The translations under genes and the position numbers were made by a program. Shown in pieces: positions 1 through 9,169 of a DNA stretch of 33,872 nt (the first letter of the stretch is position 1; every line of letters begins with the position of its first letter). The DNA comes from a bacterium (GTDB taxonomy: Bacteria; Babelota; Babeliae; Babelales; Vermiphilaceae). Under the pieces are notes generated by a model. It made no database searches and was not told the DNA's origin. It saw only the letters and a list, made by a program, of their open reading frames with translations. The stretch covers positions 1 through 33,872 of the forward strand of contig DAOVGZ010000001.1 in NCBI GenBank assembly GCA_030672115.1, in the 5' to 3' direction.

Positions 1-78
1 CATTCCAAAAGTATTTCCGAATGAGCAAAACAAGATTGTGCAGAATAAAAAGGAAGTTTTTATTTTAAAAGTTTTCAT
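1..78 (-). CDS. hypothetical protein, 5' fragment (gene continues past window start) with a signal-peptide-like N-terminus
   Basis: Not in the ORF track because it is too short. ATG at 78-76 on the minus strand, 17 nt downstream of the valS stop, and open to position 1. Hand translation is MKTFKIKTSFLFCTILFCSFGNTFGM (basic n-region plus hydrophobic core). Confidence 0.3.
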   Translation of the reverse strand, partial: MKTFKIKTSFLFCTILFCSFGNTFGM

Positions 79-95
79 GAGGCCTTTTACTTTTT

Positions 96-2570
96 TTATT
101 TTATAAATATTTGTGCAGCGTGTTCATCATCGACAGTTTTTAACGTTGATATTTCTATTTTTTCTTGCGCTGTTTTTATATTTTGTGCGCGTGTTGCACC
201 CTTGAGCAGTTGTATATTTTCTTGTACAACATTTTCTACCGTTTTATTTTCGCTAAAAATTGTAACGCTTTGTAGTTCTGTCCCCAAAGAAAGTGAATGC
301 TCAGATTTTAGTTTACGGACTTGTGCAACAATTTCAAGAACTATTTGCATCACTGGAATGCTTTGTGCAAAGGAAAAATTGTGTTGAATGTTTTTGAATT
401 TTGTTTGATGCAGCGAATTGGTATTCATTTCTTTTTTGTAAAGTTCTTGGTAAATCGCTTCTGTTACATGAGGTTGGTACGGTGCATACAGTTGCAAAAT
501 ACGCAAACCAACAGTGCGCAATGTCCAACGTGTTGCATCAACTAAATCAGTATCATATTTTTCTGGATTAAAGAGCATGTCTTTTACGAGCTCTAAATAA
601 TTATCACAAAATTGTGACCAGAAAAAAGTTTCAGCATGTTGTAGCGCTGCATTAAATTCATTTACTTCAAACTGTTTTTGATATTTTACAAAACAGTCAC
701 TTGCTTGATGTAAAATCCATTCATTAACTGTTCCAAGATTTTTTGGTTTTTCTGTTGGAATTTTTGCGTTTTCAAGATTCATATTTATAAATCTAAAAGC
801 ATTCCACAATTTAGTAATTAGTTTTTGGCCAATTTTAATTTGTGTTTCAGAAAAAGAAATATCTTTGCCAAGTGTGCCAGATGCTGTCCAGTATCTAATT
901 GCATCTGCGCAATAAGTTCTGAGCAACGTTTTTGGTGCTAGAGCAGCATTGCCCTTAGACTTAGAAAGTTTTACGCGTGCGTCGCTGAGCACATGACCAG
1001 AAATAACAATATTGTTCCAAGGGATGGTTTTGTGGTGCATCCATGATTTTACAATTGTGTAAAATGCCCAGGTTCTAATAATATCGTGCGCTTGTGGGCG
1101 CATACTCATAGGAATTACATCTGAAATATTTTCGTCAGTAAATGGAGATTTTTTTTCTGGAGCAAGATAGCGATGTAAAAGTTGTGGAGTCAAAGAAGAA
1201 ATATTCCATGTGTCCATAACGTCAGTGTCAGGTTTTAAATTGGAGCTGTTACATTTGTCGCATGTTTTGCCCGGAAATTTAGTTTCTTGTGGATCGATAG
1301 GCAAACTTTCAACTGGAGCAAGCATCATATGTCCGCATTCTTTGCAGTGCCAAACAGGAAACGGAACACCATAAAAACGTTGACGGGATAAGCACCAGTC
1401 CCAGCTTAAGTTTTGTACCCAATCGATATATCGGGACTTCATGTATTGCGGGTACCAGTTAATTTGATCTGCGAGTTGCAAGAATTTTGCTTTGTGATCA
1501 ATAATTTTTAAAAACCATTGTGGCAGTGCAATAATTTCTACCGGCTTTTTACAACGTTCATGCACGTTAACCGTATGAGTAATTTCTTTTTGATCAAGTA
1601 ACAAATTTTTATTTTTTAGTTCTTCAATTATTTTTTCACGAGCAACTTTAACTTTTAGTCCAGCCAAAATTCCTGTGTGAGCTAACATTTTTCCATCAAA
1701 ACCAACAGATGGTTTGTAAGGAAGTTTAAATTTTTTAAACCACTCAATATCAGTTGTATCACCAAAAGTACAAACCATTACAAGGCCAGTGCCTTTTTCT
1801 ATTTCAACCTTTTCATCTTGGTAAACAGGAACTTCGATATTAAAATGTGGTGCTATTGCTTTGGTGTCTTTAAGGTGTTGATACCGTTCATCCTTGGGAT
1901 TGAACAAAAGGGCAACAACAGAAGGTAGAAGTTCTGGGCGTGTAGTACCAACAATTAATTTTTTACCTTTTTGTGAAGTAAAAACAATATTGTTAAAAAA
2001 GGATGGTTTTTCTTCATCGTCCAGTTCCGCTTGAGCAACTGATGTTCTGCAGGTTGGACAATAAAGTGCTGGTTCGTCGGCGCGGTACACAAAACCTTTT
2101 TTATAAAGTTCGATAAATGATTCTTGTGCAATTTTTCGTGAATGATCAGAAATAGTTTCGTAACTATTATTCCAATCGACTGAAAGCCCCATGCTTTGCC
2201 AAAGGTTTTTAAATTCAGTTTCAACTTCTTTGGTGACTTCAAGGCATGTTTTGATCAACTCTGATCGTGGAAGTTCATGAGCACGAATTTTTAATTTTTT
2301 TTCGACATATCTTTCTGTTGGAAGGCCATTATCATCAAAGCCAAAAGGATAAAAAACAGAAAAACCGCTCATACGTTTGTAGCGAGCGATAATATCAGTT
2401 TGTGTGTAAGAAAAGATATGCCCAATATGTAAAGAACCAGAAACGGTTGGTGGTGGCGTATCAATGCTATAAATTTGACCGGGATTGTTTTTTGTGGAGT
2501 ATGTTTCTTGTTCTTTCCACGTTTTTTGCAATTCAGGTTCAAACTGTTTTTGGTCGTATCTTTTTTCCAT
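96..2570 (-). CDS. valS: valyl-tRNA synthetase (archaeal-like / type-2 sequence pattern)
   Basis: 824-aa ORF with class I aaRS signatures SLHIGH (HIGH) and KLSKS (KMSKS). The N-terminal block DTPPPTVSGSLHIGHIFSYTQTDIIARYKRMSGFSVFYPFGFDDNGLPTE and a large CP1 editing insertion are typical of ValRS. Confidence 0.93.
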   Translation of the reverse strand: MEKRYDQKQFEPELQKTWKEQETYSTKNNPGQIYSIDTPPPTVSGSLHIGHIFSYTQTDIIARYKRMSGFSVFYPFGFDDNGLPTERYVEKKLKIRAHELPRSELIKTCLEVTKEVETEFKNLWQSMGLSVDWNNSYETISDHSRKIAQESFIELYKKGFVYRADEPALYCPTCRTSVAQAELDDEEKPSFFNNIVFTSQKGKKLIVGTTRPELLPSVVALLFNPKDERYQHLKDTKAIAPHFNIEVPVYQDEKVEIEKGTGLVMVCTFGDTTDIEWFKKFKLPYKPSVGFDGKMLAHTGILAGLKVKVAREKIIEELKNKNLLLDQKEITHTVNVHERCKKPVEIIALPQWFLKIIDHKAKFLQLADQINWYPQYMKSRYIDWVQNLSWDWCLSRQRFYGVPFPVWHCKECGHMMLAPVESLPIDPQETKFPGKTCDKCNSSNLKPDTDVMDTWNISSLTPQLLHRYLAPEKKSPFTDENISDVIPMSMRPQAHDIIRTWAFYTIVKSWMHHKTIPWNNIVISGHVLSDARVKLSKSKGNAALAPKTLLRTYCADAIRYWTASGTLGKDISFSETQIKIGQKLITKLWNAFRFINMNLENAKIPTEKPKNLGTVNEWILHQASDCFVKYQKQFEVNEFNAALQHAETFFWSQFCDNYLELVKDMLFNPEKYDTDLVDATRWTLRTVGLRILQLYAPYQPHVTEAIYQELYKKEMNTNSLHQTKFKNIQHNFSFAQSIPVMQIVLEIVAQVRKLKSEHSLSLGTELQSVTIFSENKTVENVVQENIQLLKGATRAQNIKTAQEKIEISTLKTVDDEHAAQIFIK

Positions 2571-2610
2571 GAGGACCTTTGACTAAAAAGAGGCTTATAT
2601 AAACATATTA

Positions 2611-2639
2611 ATTGTACCGAGCTTCTGTTTATATTTCAA
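2611..2639 (-). promoter_or_regulatory. candidate sigma70-type promoter for valS
   Basis: On the minus strand this reads TTGAAA (2639-2634), a 17-nt spacer, then TACAAT (2616-2611). It lies about 40 nt upstream of the valS ATG, in the 106-nt gap after the upstream gene. Confidence 0.4.
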
Positions 2640-2676
2640 CTTGATGTCATCATTTAAAGATAGTCCGCAGATTTTT

Positions 2677-4989
2677 TTAAGTTGTTTTTTTCCTTGTTCG
2701 TTTATTCATCTGGTTTAGTATTTGATGTGCTTTTGTTTTAAGGTTAGCAAGAATTGCAGGATTGCCTTTGTGTTCTTCGTTTAAAAAAGCTTCAATTAAT
2801 TTTTTTGCTTCTACAATTTTACCTGTTTTTTCTAGACAATGGGCCATGCGTACCTGAATGTAGGGAAGATATGCCTTCATATGGTAGGTTTTTTTGTATG
2901 CTTTTAGTGCTGGCTCAAATTCATGAAGTTCAAAGTGCGATTCGGCAAGATTGTACCATGACTTATAATTTTTTGGATTATTGTTAGCAATAATTTTATA
3001 TGCTTGTTGTGCTTGTTTAAATTTACCTGACAAAAAACAACTGTTTGCATAATTAAAACGTGCTTTATCATCGTGCGGATCAAATTTTAAAACGCGTGAA
3101 TATGCAAAAATAGCATCATCATACTTTTTAAGTTCCATGCTTACTTGACCATAAATTGAAAATCCAAATTTCACATCAAAGTCTGCTTTGGTGCAACAAT
3201 CTCTAAAACATTCCCAAGCTTTTTCTTTATTTTTTCTTTGTAAATGTATTCGTCCTAAATTAAAAAATGCTTTTCCGTAATGAGGTCTAAGTTTTAAAGC
3301 AATACCAAGTGTTTTTTCTGCAGCATCAAGATTGCCTTTTTGAATATAAAAAGAAGCTAAGTTGTTATACCCTTCAGGATAATATTTTTGAATTTTAAGG
3401 GATTGAAGCATTGCTTTAATAGCATCATCGAGCCTGCCAAGATGTGAATACGCAACGGCGACATTATTAAGAGGATCGGCGTAATTTTTATCCATAGAGG
3501 CCGCTTTTTTAAAGTAAACAACAGAACCTTTGTAGTCACGTTTATTTTGTGATAGTTCAACACCATAATTATTATAAGCACGTGCTTTTCCGGGAGCATT
3601 TTTTATAACATTACTCCAAAATTCTGTACCGGATCGCCATACTGTGTTGCGATTTGCAGTTAAAAGTCCAAGAATAATGGCAAAAAATATTCCTATGATT
3701 GGTATTAAAAGATTTTGTTTAGAAAGAAACGAAGAAAATGTTGGTATTTTTTTTAAAAGTTTTTGCAGTACCCATACAAGGCCTGCTGCAATTAAAAAAA
3801 GCCAACCAAATGATGCCAAATATGTTTTGTAATCAACAAGAAGTTCTGGTGATGGAATAATGCTTGTTCGAGGAGCTAAACAAAAAAAGAACCAAAGAGC
3901 GCCAAAACTTATTAAATGAATTTTGTTTTTTTTAAGAAGTGTAATAACACCAGACGCCAATAACAAAAGAATAATAAGAGGAAAAAAAGCATCAGGATAA
4001 AAAAGTCCTCTAGAAAGCACCCAGTCGTATTCAACGCTAATATTAAAGGGCCAAATAAACATCAGTAAATAATGGACAATAACTTTAAACTGGGACCTAA
4101 AAAACATCCACGGAGTTATTTTCATACCAACTGTGTGGGTAATAACATTTCCGATATTATTTTTTGCAATTTTTTTAAGACCAAGAATTTCGGTAAAAAA
4201 ACTTGGTTTTAAAAACCATATATAAATACCGATAATAAAAAGTGCTAATGTGGCATGCAAAAAAATTCTTTTTTTTAATGATTGCCAACTTCCTTGAGCG
4301 ATGAAAAACCAATCAAAAAGAATAATAAGAGCAGGAGAGATAATTGCTATCTCTTTTGTTCCACAAGAAAAAAGTCCAATAATAAAAAGAAGAACAGTAA
4401 ATAATGTTTTAATTAAAAAGGTTTTGGCAGTTGCAACAAAATAAAAACATAAGACCATACTTAAAATTGCAAGAGCAGCAAGCCCTTCTAGTTGTCCTTG
4501 GATAACGTAAGAGACGGTTTGTGTTTGTACTGGATGGAGTAAAAATAAAAGGCTGGTAAAAAAAGAAATTGAAAGAGCGTTTGAAGAAAAAAAATTCTTC
4601 TTTTTTAAATATTTAAGTCCTAAAAACAGAATAAAAAAAATAAGTAGTCCGTTTGTTATGTGGATCATTAAATTGCCAAGGCGATAATAAAAAGGATTAA
4701 ATTGATCAACTTTATAATAAACAGAATTGAGCCAATAACTTATCCAGCGAGTGTTTTTAAAAAAAAGATCGCCAAAACTATTATGGCGAATAGAAAAATG
4801 TTTTGTAATGTTTGCAACGCTATCAAATTGAAATGAGTAACGTAATGAAGGAGCATAAAATAAAGCAGTTAAACTGGCTGCAATAACAGGCGGAATGAGG
4901 TAGTGCCACCAACTATATTGTGTCGAGGCTTTATTTGAGGGGTATACTTTTTGGATAGTTTTTTTATTTTTTGGAGTTTTTTTTCCCAT
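2677..4989 (-). CDS. polytopic membrane protein with C-terminal TPR repeats (GT-C / PMT-TMTC-like glycosyltransferase architecture)
   Basis: 770-aa ORF. The first ~440 aa hold many hydrophobic helices, with an FQFDSVANI loop after TM1. The last ~320 aa are repeated TPR-like units (YNNYGVEL..., YNNLASFYIQKGNLDAAEKTLGIALKLRPHY, FFNLGRIHLQ..., YNLAESHFELHEFEPALKAYKK). Confidence 0.75.
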   Translation of the reverse strand: MGKKTPKNKKTIQKVYPSNKASTQYSWWHYLIPPVIAASLTALFYAPSLRYSFQFDSVANITKHFSIRHNSFGDLFFKNTRWISYWLNSVYYKVDQFNPFYYRLGNLMIHITNGLLIFFILFLGLKYLKKKNFFSSNALSISFFTSLLFLLHPVQTQTVSYVIQGQLEGLAALAILSMVLCFYFVATAKTFLIKTLFTVLLFIIGLFSCGTKEIAIISPALIILFDWFFIAQGSWQSLKKRIFLHATLALFIIGIYIWFLKPSFFTEILGLKKIAKNNIGNVITHTVGMKITPWMFFRSQFKVIVHYLLMFIWPFNISVEYDWVLSRGLFYPDAFFPLIILLLLASGVITLLKKNKIHLISFGALWFFFCLAPRTSIIPSPELLVDYKTYLASFGWLFLIAAGLVWVLQKLLKKIPTFSSFLSKQNLLIPIIGIFFAIILGLLTANRNTVWRSGTEFWSNVIKNAPGKARAYNNYGVELSQNKRDYKGSVVYFKKAASMDKNYADPLNNVAVAYSHLGRLDDAIKAMLQSLKIQKYYPEGYNNLASFYIQKGNLDAAEKTLGIALKLRPHYGKAFFNLGRIHLQRKNKEKAWECFRDCCTKADFDVKFGFSIYGQVSMELKKYDDAIFAYSRVLKFDPHDDKARFNYANSCFLSGKFKQAQQAYKIIANNNPKNYKSWYNLAESHFELHEFEPALKAYKKTYHMKAYLPYIQVRMAHCLEKTGKIVEAKKLIEAFLNEEHKGNPAILANLKTKAHQILNQMNKRTRKKTT

Positions 4990-5120
4990 TATTGCTTCCT
5001 TTTACTTATTACGCTCTTTTTTTTTGATCAAGATATCTTACTTCAGGAATAAGATAGGCGCAAATCGTTCAAACTTATTTCTGAGCAAAAAGAGTTTTTT
5101 TGCAGATATATTCCTATCAT

Positions 5121-5149
5121 TTGACCGTGTCTATACTTTTGCATAAACT
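5121..5149 (+). promoter_or_regulatory. candidate sigma70-type promoter for the 5198-7136 gene pair
   Basis: TTGACC (5121-5126), a 17-nt spacer, then TAAACT (5144-5149), about 50 nt upstream of the ATG at 5198 in a divergent intergenic region. Confidence 0.4.
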
Positions 5150-5197
5150 GAAATTTGCGGTTACTAAAGATATTTAGGACTTAAATAAGAGATTTTT

Positions 5198-5917
5198 ATG
5201 ACATTACAAACAGTGGACATGTTAATCAGAATTATTACATCCGTTATAGCGTATGCAATTGCCGTGACCATAGCAGGCAGCTTTAAAGCATGGGTGGCAA
5301 ATGCATTTGGAGATGATACAGCAGAAAGTTTAGGGTTAATTTCACTTAATCCTATTGTTCATTTTGATTTTTTTGGTTTATTACTTGTTTTCTGTGTGAG
5401 ATTTGGTTGGGGGCGATATGTTCCGGTCAATCCACAAAGAATTCAAGGGCCATTTCGTTTTTTAAAAATTGGGTTTGCGTATTTTGCGGGGGTTATAGCG
5501 CATTTGTTTATGGGAGTAGTTACTTTTAGTTTTTTGATGTATGCATTCGGAATGAGGATTTTTCCATTAATCATGCAAATGTTAAATAAGGGACGTTATG
5601 CTTTTACATATAACCTTCCTTTTGCAAAGTTTTTTCCGAATGACTCTTCGTTTCTTGTCTCATTGGGTATTATAGGTATTTCCCTTTTAGTTTTAAATAT
5701 AGTTCTTGCTTATTTGGATTTTATTATAGTTGTTGCAGATTTTATTTCTTTAAAAATATTAGATATTTTTTCTTTAGATGTTCGACGAAAATTTGTTGTA
5801 AGTGTTGCTGTTTTTTTGGCAATGATTTTTATTTTTGGACATTGGATTTATTCTTTAATGGTTTCTCTTGTTTTTAGTACAGGGTACATTTTATCACATC
5901 TTTTAGGTGTAATATAG
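5198..5917 (+). CDS. site-2 protease (peptidase M50, COG1994-type) homolog lacking the HExxH active site; predicted inactive membrane protein
   Basis: 239-aa polytopic ORF. The block AWVANAFGDDTAESLGLISLNPIVHFDFFGLL...FGWGRYVPVNPQRI matches the family pattern HEFAHAWVA..GDPTA...G.LTLNP..HIDP.GT...FGWAKPVPVNP. The HEFAH position reads AGSFK. Confidence 0.7.
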   Translation: MTLQTVDMLIRIITSVIAYAIAVTIAGSFKAWVANAFGDDTAESLGLISLNPIVHFDFFGLLLVFCVRFGWGRYVPVNPQRIQGPFRFLKIGFAYFAGVIAHLFMGVVTFSFLMYAFGMRIFPLIMQMLNKGRYAFTYNLPFAKFFPNDSSFLVSLGIIGISLLVLNIVLAYLDFIIVVADFISLKILDIFSLDVRRKFVVSVAVFLAMIFIFGHWIYSLMVSLVFSTGYILSHLLGVI

Positions 5918-5939
5918 CAAATAAAAAATTGGTTTATTT

Positions 5940-7136
5940 ATGAAAAATATAAAAGAAACAATACAAATAATAACATCGGGAACTGCGCAAGTAGTACCAA
6001 TGTCAGATTTACAAAAAAAAATAGAATCTGGAAAAAAATTAATAATAAAACTAGGTGCAGATCCAACCGCACCAGATTTACATCTTGGTCATGCGGTTGT
6101 TCTTTTAAAATTAAAACAGTTACAAGATCTTGGTCATAACATTGTTTTTTTGATTGGTGATTTTACAGCGCACATCGGAGATCCAACAGGAAAATCAAAA
6201 ACACGTCCTTCTTTGAGCCAAGAGGAAATAAAAAATAATACTAAAACTTATTTCGAGCAAGTTAGTAAAATTTTAGATCCTAAAAATATGACTGTTGCTT
6301 ACAATTCGCAGTGGTTAGACAAACTTTCGAGTAAAGATTTAGTGCAGCTTTGTTCAAAAGTTACTCTTGCTCGTTTAATCGAACGGGAAGATTTTTCAAC
6401 ACGCATAAAAAAACAACAGGCGCTTGGTTTTCATGAATTATTATATCCTCTTTTTCAGGCTTATGATTCGGTTCATATGGAAGCTGATATAGAAATTGGG
6501 GGCACCGATCAAACGTTTAATCTTCTTTTGGGAAGGTTTTTACAGGAGCAATATAAAAAAGAGCCACAAGTTGTTTTAACAATGCCGATTTTAGAAGGAC
6601 TTGATGGCGTTCAAAAGATGTCAAAATCTCTTGGTAATTCAATTGGACTTGCTCAGCCGGCAGATCAGGCCTTTGGTAAATTAATGTCTATCTCTGATAA
6701 ACTTATGTGGCGTTATTTTGAGCTTCTTTTGCATGCTGGTACAAAAGAAATATCAGAACTTCAAGAACGTATTGCTGCAGGATCATTACATCCAATGTCA
6801 CTTAAAAAAGAGATGGCACATAATATTATTGAAAAATTTTGGTCGCAACAAGAAGCAAAAAGCGCAAAAGAATCGTTTGAAGCTCTTTTTCAAAAAAAAG
6901 ATTACTCCAAAGCCAAAGAAGTAAATATTTCTTCAGAGACACCAAATCCTTTGTGGATAGTTGCTCTTTTACGTGCTTTAAAGGCTATAAATAGCAGTTC
7001 AGAGGCAAGAAGACTTATTCAGGCTGGTGCAGTATCTATTGATGGAGAGGTTGTTTCGGACTTTAAGGCTGAAATAACTTGGAAACAAGGGACTACTGTC
7101 AAAGTTGGTAAACACCGAATTTATAAACTTATTTAA
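5940..7136 (+). CDS. tyrS: tyrosyl-tRNA synthetase (short form with C-terminal S4-like domain)
   Basis: 398-aa ORF with HLGH (HIGH) and KMSKS motifs. GADPTAPDLHLGHAVVLLKL...FLIGDFTAHIGDPTGKS is typical of TyrRS. The C-terminal part SSSEARRLIQAGAVSIDGEVV is an S4 fold. It starts 22 nt after the upstream gene. Confidence 0.93.
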   Translation: MKNIKETIQIITSGTAQVVPMSDLQKKIESGKKLIIKLGADPTAPDLHLGHAVVLLKLKQLQDLGHNIVFLIGDFTAHIGDPTGKSKTRPSLSQEEIKNNTKTYFEQVSKILDPKNMTVAYNSQWLDKLSSKDLVQLCSKVTLARLIEREDFSTRIKKQQALGFHELLYPLFQAYDSVHMEADIEIGGTDQTFNLLLGRFLQEQYKKEPQVVLTMPILEGLDGVQKMSKSLGNSIGLAQPADQAFGKLMSISDKLMWRYFELLLHAGTKEISELQERIAAGSLHPMSLKKEMAHNIIEKFWSQQEAKSAKESFEALFQKKDYSKAKEVNISSETPNPLWIVALLRALKAINSSSEARRLIQAGAVSIDGEVVSDFKAEITWKQGTTVKVGKHRIYKLI

Positions 7137-7261
7137 CTCTCTATTTTTCAATACCTTCATTAGATCAAGCTCTTTTAGAGCCATTTGAAGACTTTTTTCT
7201 ACTTTGTTATTTTAAAGTAAATGGAAAAAATATGTTTTAAATGGATTTAATGGGGGTTGTA

Positions 7262-8290
7262 ATGACTAAAAATTTACTTACTATCTTGGGTTTTTTCTTT
7301 GTAGCAAATTCAGCTTTTGGTGTGCCTGAATCTGCGGATAATGCGGATCTTGCACCTCAAAGTTCAAAAAAAGTTATGAATAAGACTGTTGCTCAAGAAA
7401 ATGATAGCTCTTCTATAAATTCTAAGTTGGATAAATTAATAACACATATAGCTGCAAAGCTTGTGGTGGCAAAAACAGGTAAGCTTGTTTTTACTGTAGA
7501 AGATGCATTGAGACAACTTTGTAAATATAACCTAGCAAAAAAAGATAGGGATGAAGTTGTTAAAAATCTTGGTCTTATTGAAAAGTTAGTAATTTCTTTT
7601 GCATGCAAAATACAAAATGGCTTAAAAGAAAAAGATTTAACAAGTTTAATTTTTAAACTTAAAGATGAAAAAATATTGCATGATTATGAGGTTTCTTTTT
7701 TAATTAAACAATTTAATTTAGAGTTGTTTTATTTTCAATATATGAAAAACAAAGGCGAAATAACGCTGGAAAAATATAAACAAACTGTTGAAGTGGTTCT
7801 TATAGATCAAGTACAAGAAAAAAAGATTTCAATACGTGAATATCAACAAAAAAGAAAGCAGTTTGGTCTTTTGTCTCGTACAGAATTAGTAAAATATTAT
7901 TGGAATAAAACTAAAAGAGCGATCAATCCTGTTTTGGATAAATTAATTTTATTTGGTGGTGCATATGGTTTTTATAGAATATTTAAGAGTCAGAGTGGTG
8001 ATATTGGTAAAGCGTTTAAAAAAATAAATTTTGATGATTTATTTAAGGCTGGATTTTTTCCATTATTACTTGCAGGCAAGTCATTATTAAACGGTCAACC
8101 TACAAACCTTGCTCCATCACCAACTAATTTTGCAGCAATTAATGCTCAACAATTACAAGAGTTACAAGCTATCGGAATTGCAAATTATAAGATGCAAGAA
8201 AAAAGTGTTAAAACGCAAGAGCAAATACACCAAGAACTTGTAAAGCATAATGAACTAAAAGAAGAAATAAATAGTAGAATTGAGATTTAA
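7262..8290 (+). CDS. hypothetical secreted protein
   Basis: The ORF track gives 7241-8290. The ATG at 7262 is preceded by GGGGG and begins a signal peptide, MTKNLLTILGFFFVANSAFG. The rest is K/E/Q-rich helical sequence with no family I recognise. Confidence 0.6.
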   Translation: MTKNLLTILGFFFVANSAFGVPESADNADLAPQSSKKVMNKTVAQENDSSSINSKLDKLITHIAAKLVVAKTGKLVFTVEDALRQLCKYNLAKKDRDEVVKNLGLIEKLVISFACKIQNGLKEKDLTSLIFKLKDEKILHDYEVSFLIKQFNLELFYFQYMKNKGEITLEKYKQTVEVVLIDQVQEKKISIREYQQKRKQFGLLSRTELVKYYWNKTKRAINPVLDKLILFGGAYGFYRIFKSQSGDIGKAFKKINFDDLFKAGFFPLLLAGKSLLNGQPTNLAPSPTNFAAINAQQLQELQAIGIANYKMQEKSVKTQEQIHQELVKHNELKEEINSRIEI

Positions 8291-8315
8291 AGCATTGTAA
8301 TAAAAATTAAAAAAG

Positions 8316-8347
8316 AGCCTCGCATTTTTTGCGAGGCTTTTTTTTTT
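8316..8347. terminator. bidirectional rho-independent terminator between convergent genes
   Basis: Stem AGCCTCGC (8316-8323) pairs with GCGAGGCT (8331-8338), flanked by an A-run upstream and a T-run downstream. It sits between the stops at 8290 (+) and 8350 (-). Confidence 0.7.
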
Positions 8348-8349
8348 AA

Positions 8350-9099
8350 CTAATTATTTTTATCTGTTTTGCAAAACAAAGGAGAAGAGTTAGTAAATGA
8401 CGTTTTTTCAGCTGAAGAAAAAGTTTCTTTATTTTCAATTGGTTTTGTTTGAGCAAAAAAATCTTCTACTAGTTGTAGCATTTTTTTTCTACGGCTTGCA
8501 TTGTTTGCAAATTCTTGATCGCAGTCGATAACTAAAACAGGAATATTTTTATGCTCAGGAAGAAGGTTTCTTTTTTTTATTAAAAATTTTTCTAAACGAT
8601 CTTCTATTTGTTGAAAATAAGAAAGAGGAATTGTTTCTTCGCCTTCTCTGTTTCTTTTTTGTGTTCGTTGATAAGCAACTTCAGCGGATGTTTTTAAATA
8701 AATAAATCCTTGCGGATTTTTACATGAGTCTTTTACAAGATAATTAAACCAACGTTTATGTATTTCCCATTCTAATTTATCCATAAACCCTTGTTTGTAA
8801 CTATTGAGAGCAAAGCAGTAATAGCCAGAATAAATCGAACGTTCCATCACAACACGTTGATAAATATTTTTTTGTTCTTTTATATGTTCTTGGACTCTGC
8901 ACATAAGAGTGAACATTTCCATGGTGAATGCCCAGCGTGGTGTATCTTGATAAAAATTTGCAAGAAGAGATTGGCCATGCTTTTTGTTATTCCAAGCATC
9001 AAGAGGTTCGTCTACAATTTTAACGTTTGGAAGTTCTTGTCCAATGATTTGTAAGAAAGTTGTTTTTCCAGCACCAATGTTGCCTTCAATTATGTACAT
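8350..9099 (-). CDS. deoxynucleoside kinase (dAK/dGK/dCK family)
   Basis: 249-aa ORF with P-loop GNIGAGKTT, the ERS motif (VVMERSIYS) and an arginine-rich lid (QRTQKRNREGEE). It has a ~40-aa low-complexity C-terminal tail. Confidence 0.85.
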   Translation of the reverse strand: MYIIEGNIGAGKTTFLQIIGQELPNVKIVDEPLDAWNNKKHGQSLLANFYQDTPRWAFTMEMFTLMCRVQEHIKEQKNIYQRVVMERSIYSGYYCFALNSYKQGFMDKLEWEIHKRWFNYLVKDSCKNPQGFIYLKTSAEVAYQRTQKRNREGEETIPLSYFQQIEDRLEKFLIKKRNLLPEHKNIPVLVIDCDQEFANNASRRKKMLQLVEDFFAQTKPIENKETFSSAEKTSFTNSSPLFCKTDKNN

Positions 9100-9169
9100 A
9101 TCTTATTTCCAATGTGTAGAATGGTTCTCATGATTTTAGATGTCAACCAGATAAAGTGTAACACAGTTT

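Noticed and set aside
202-545. ORFs 202-387 (+), 321-545 (+) and 334-528 (-) overlapping valS, plus similar nested ORFs inside other long genes (1955-2242, 2754-2987, 3357-3599, 3644-3832, 6718-6924, 7393-7608, 8791-9054, 11967-12209, 13869-14396, 17560-17754, 18352-18552, 19688-19960, 20418-20627, 20964-21170, 21692-21979, 23347-23541, 25846-26052, 26537-26821, 26945-27588, 28190-28801, 29225-29752, 30840-32766)
   Set aside because: All lie entirely within, or antisense to, much longer ORFs with strong family signatures or good SD sites. They have low-complexity, Cys/Phe/Leu-rich compositions typical of off-frame AT-rich sequence and no RBS.
2571-2676. T-box or other riboswitch leaders upstream of valS and tyrS
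   Set aside because: The valS leader is only ~40 nt downstream of the candidate promoter, and tyrS starts 22 nt after the preceding gene. There is no room for a T-box and no specifier or antiterminator structure.
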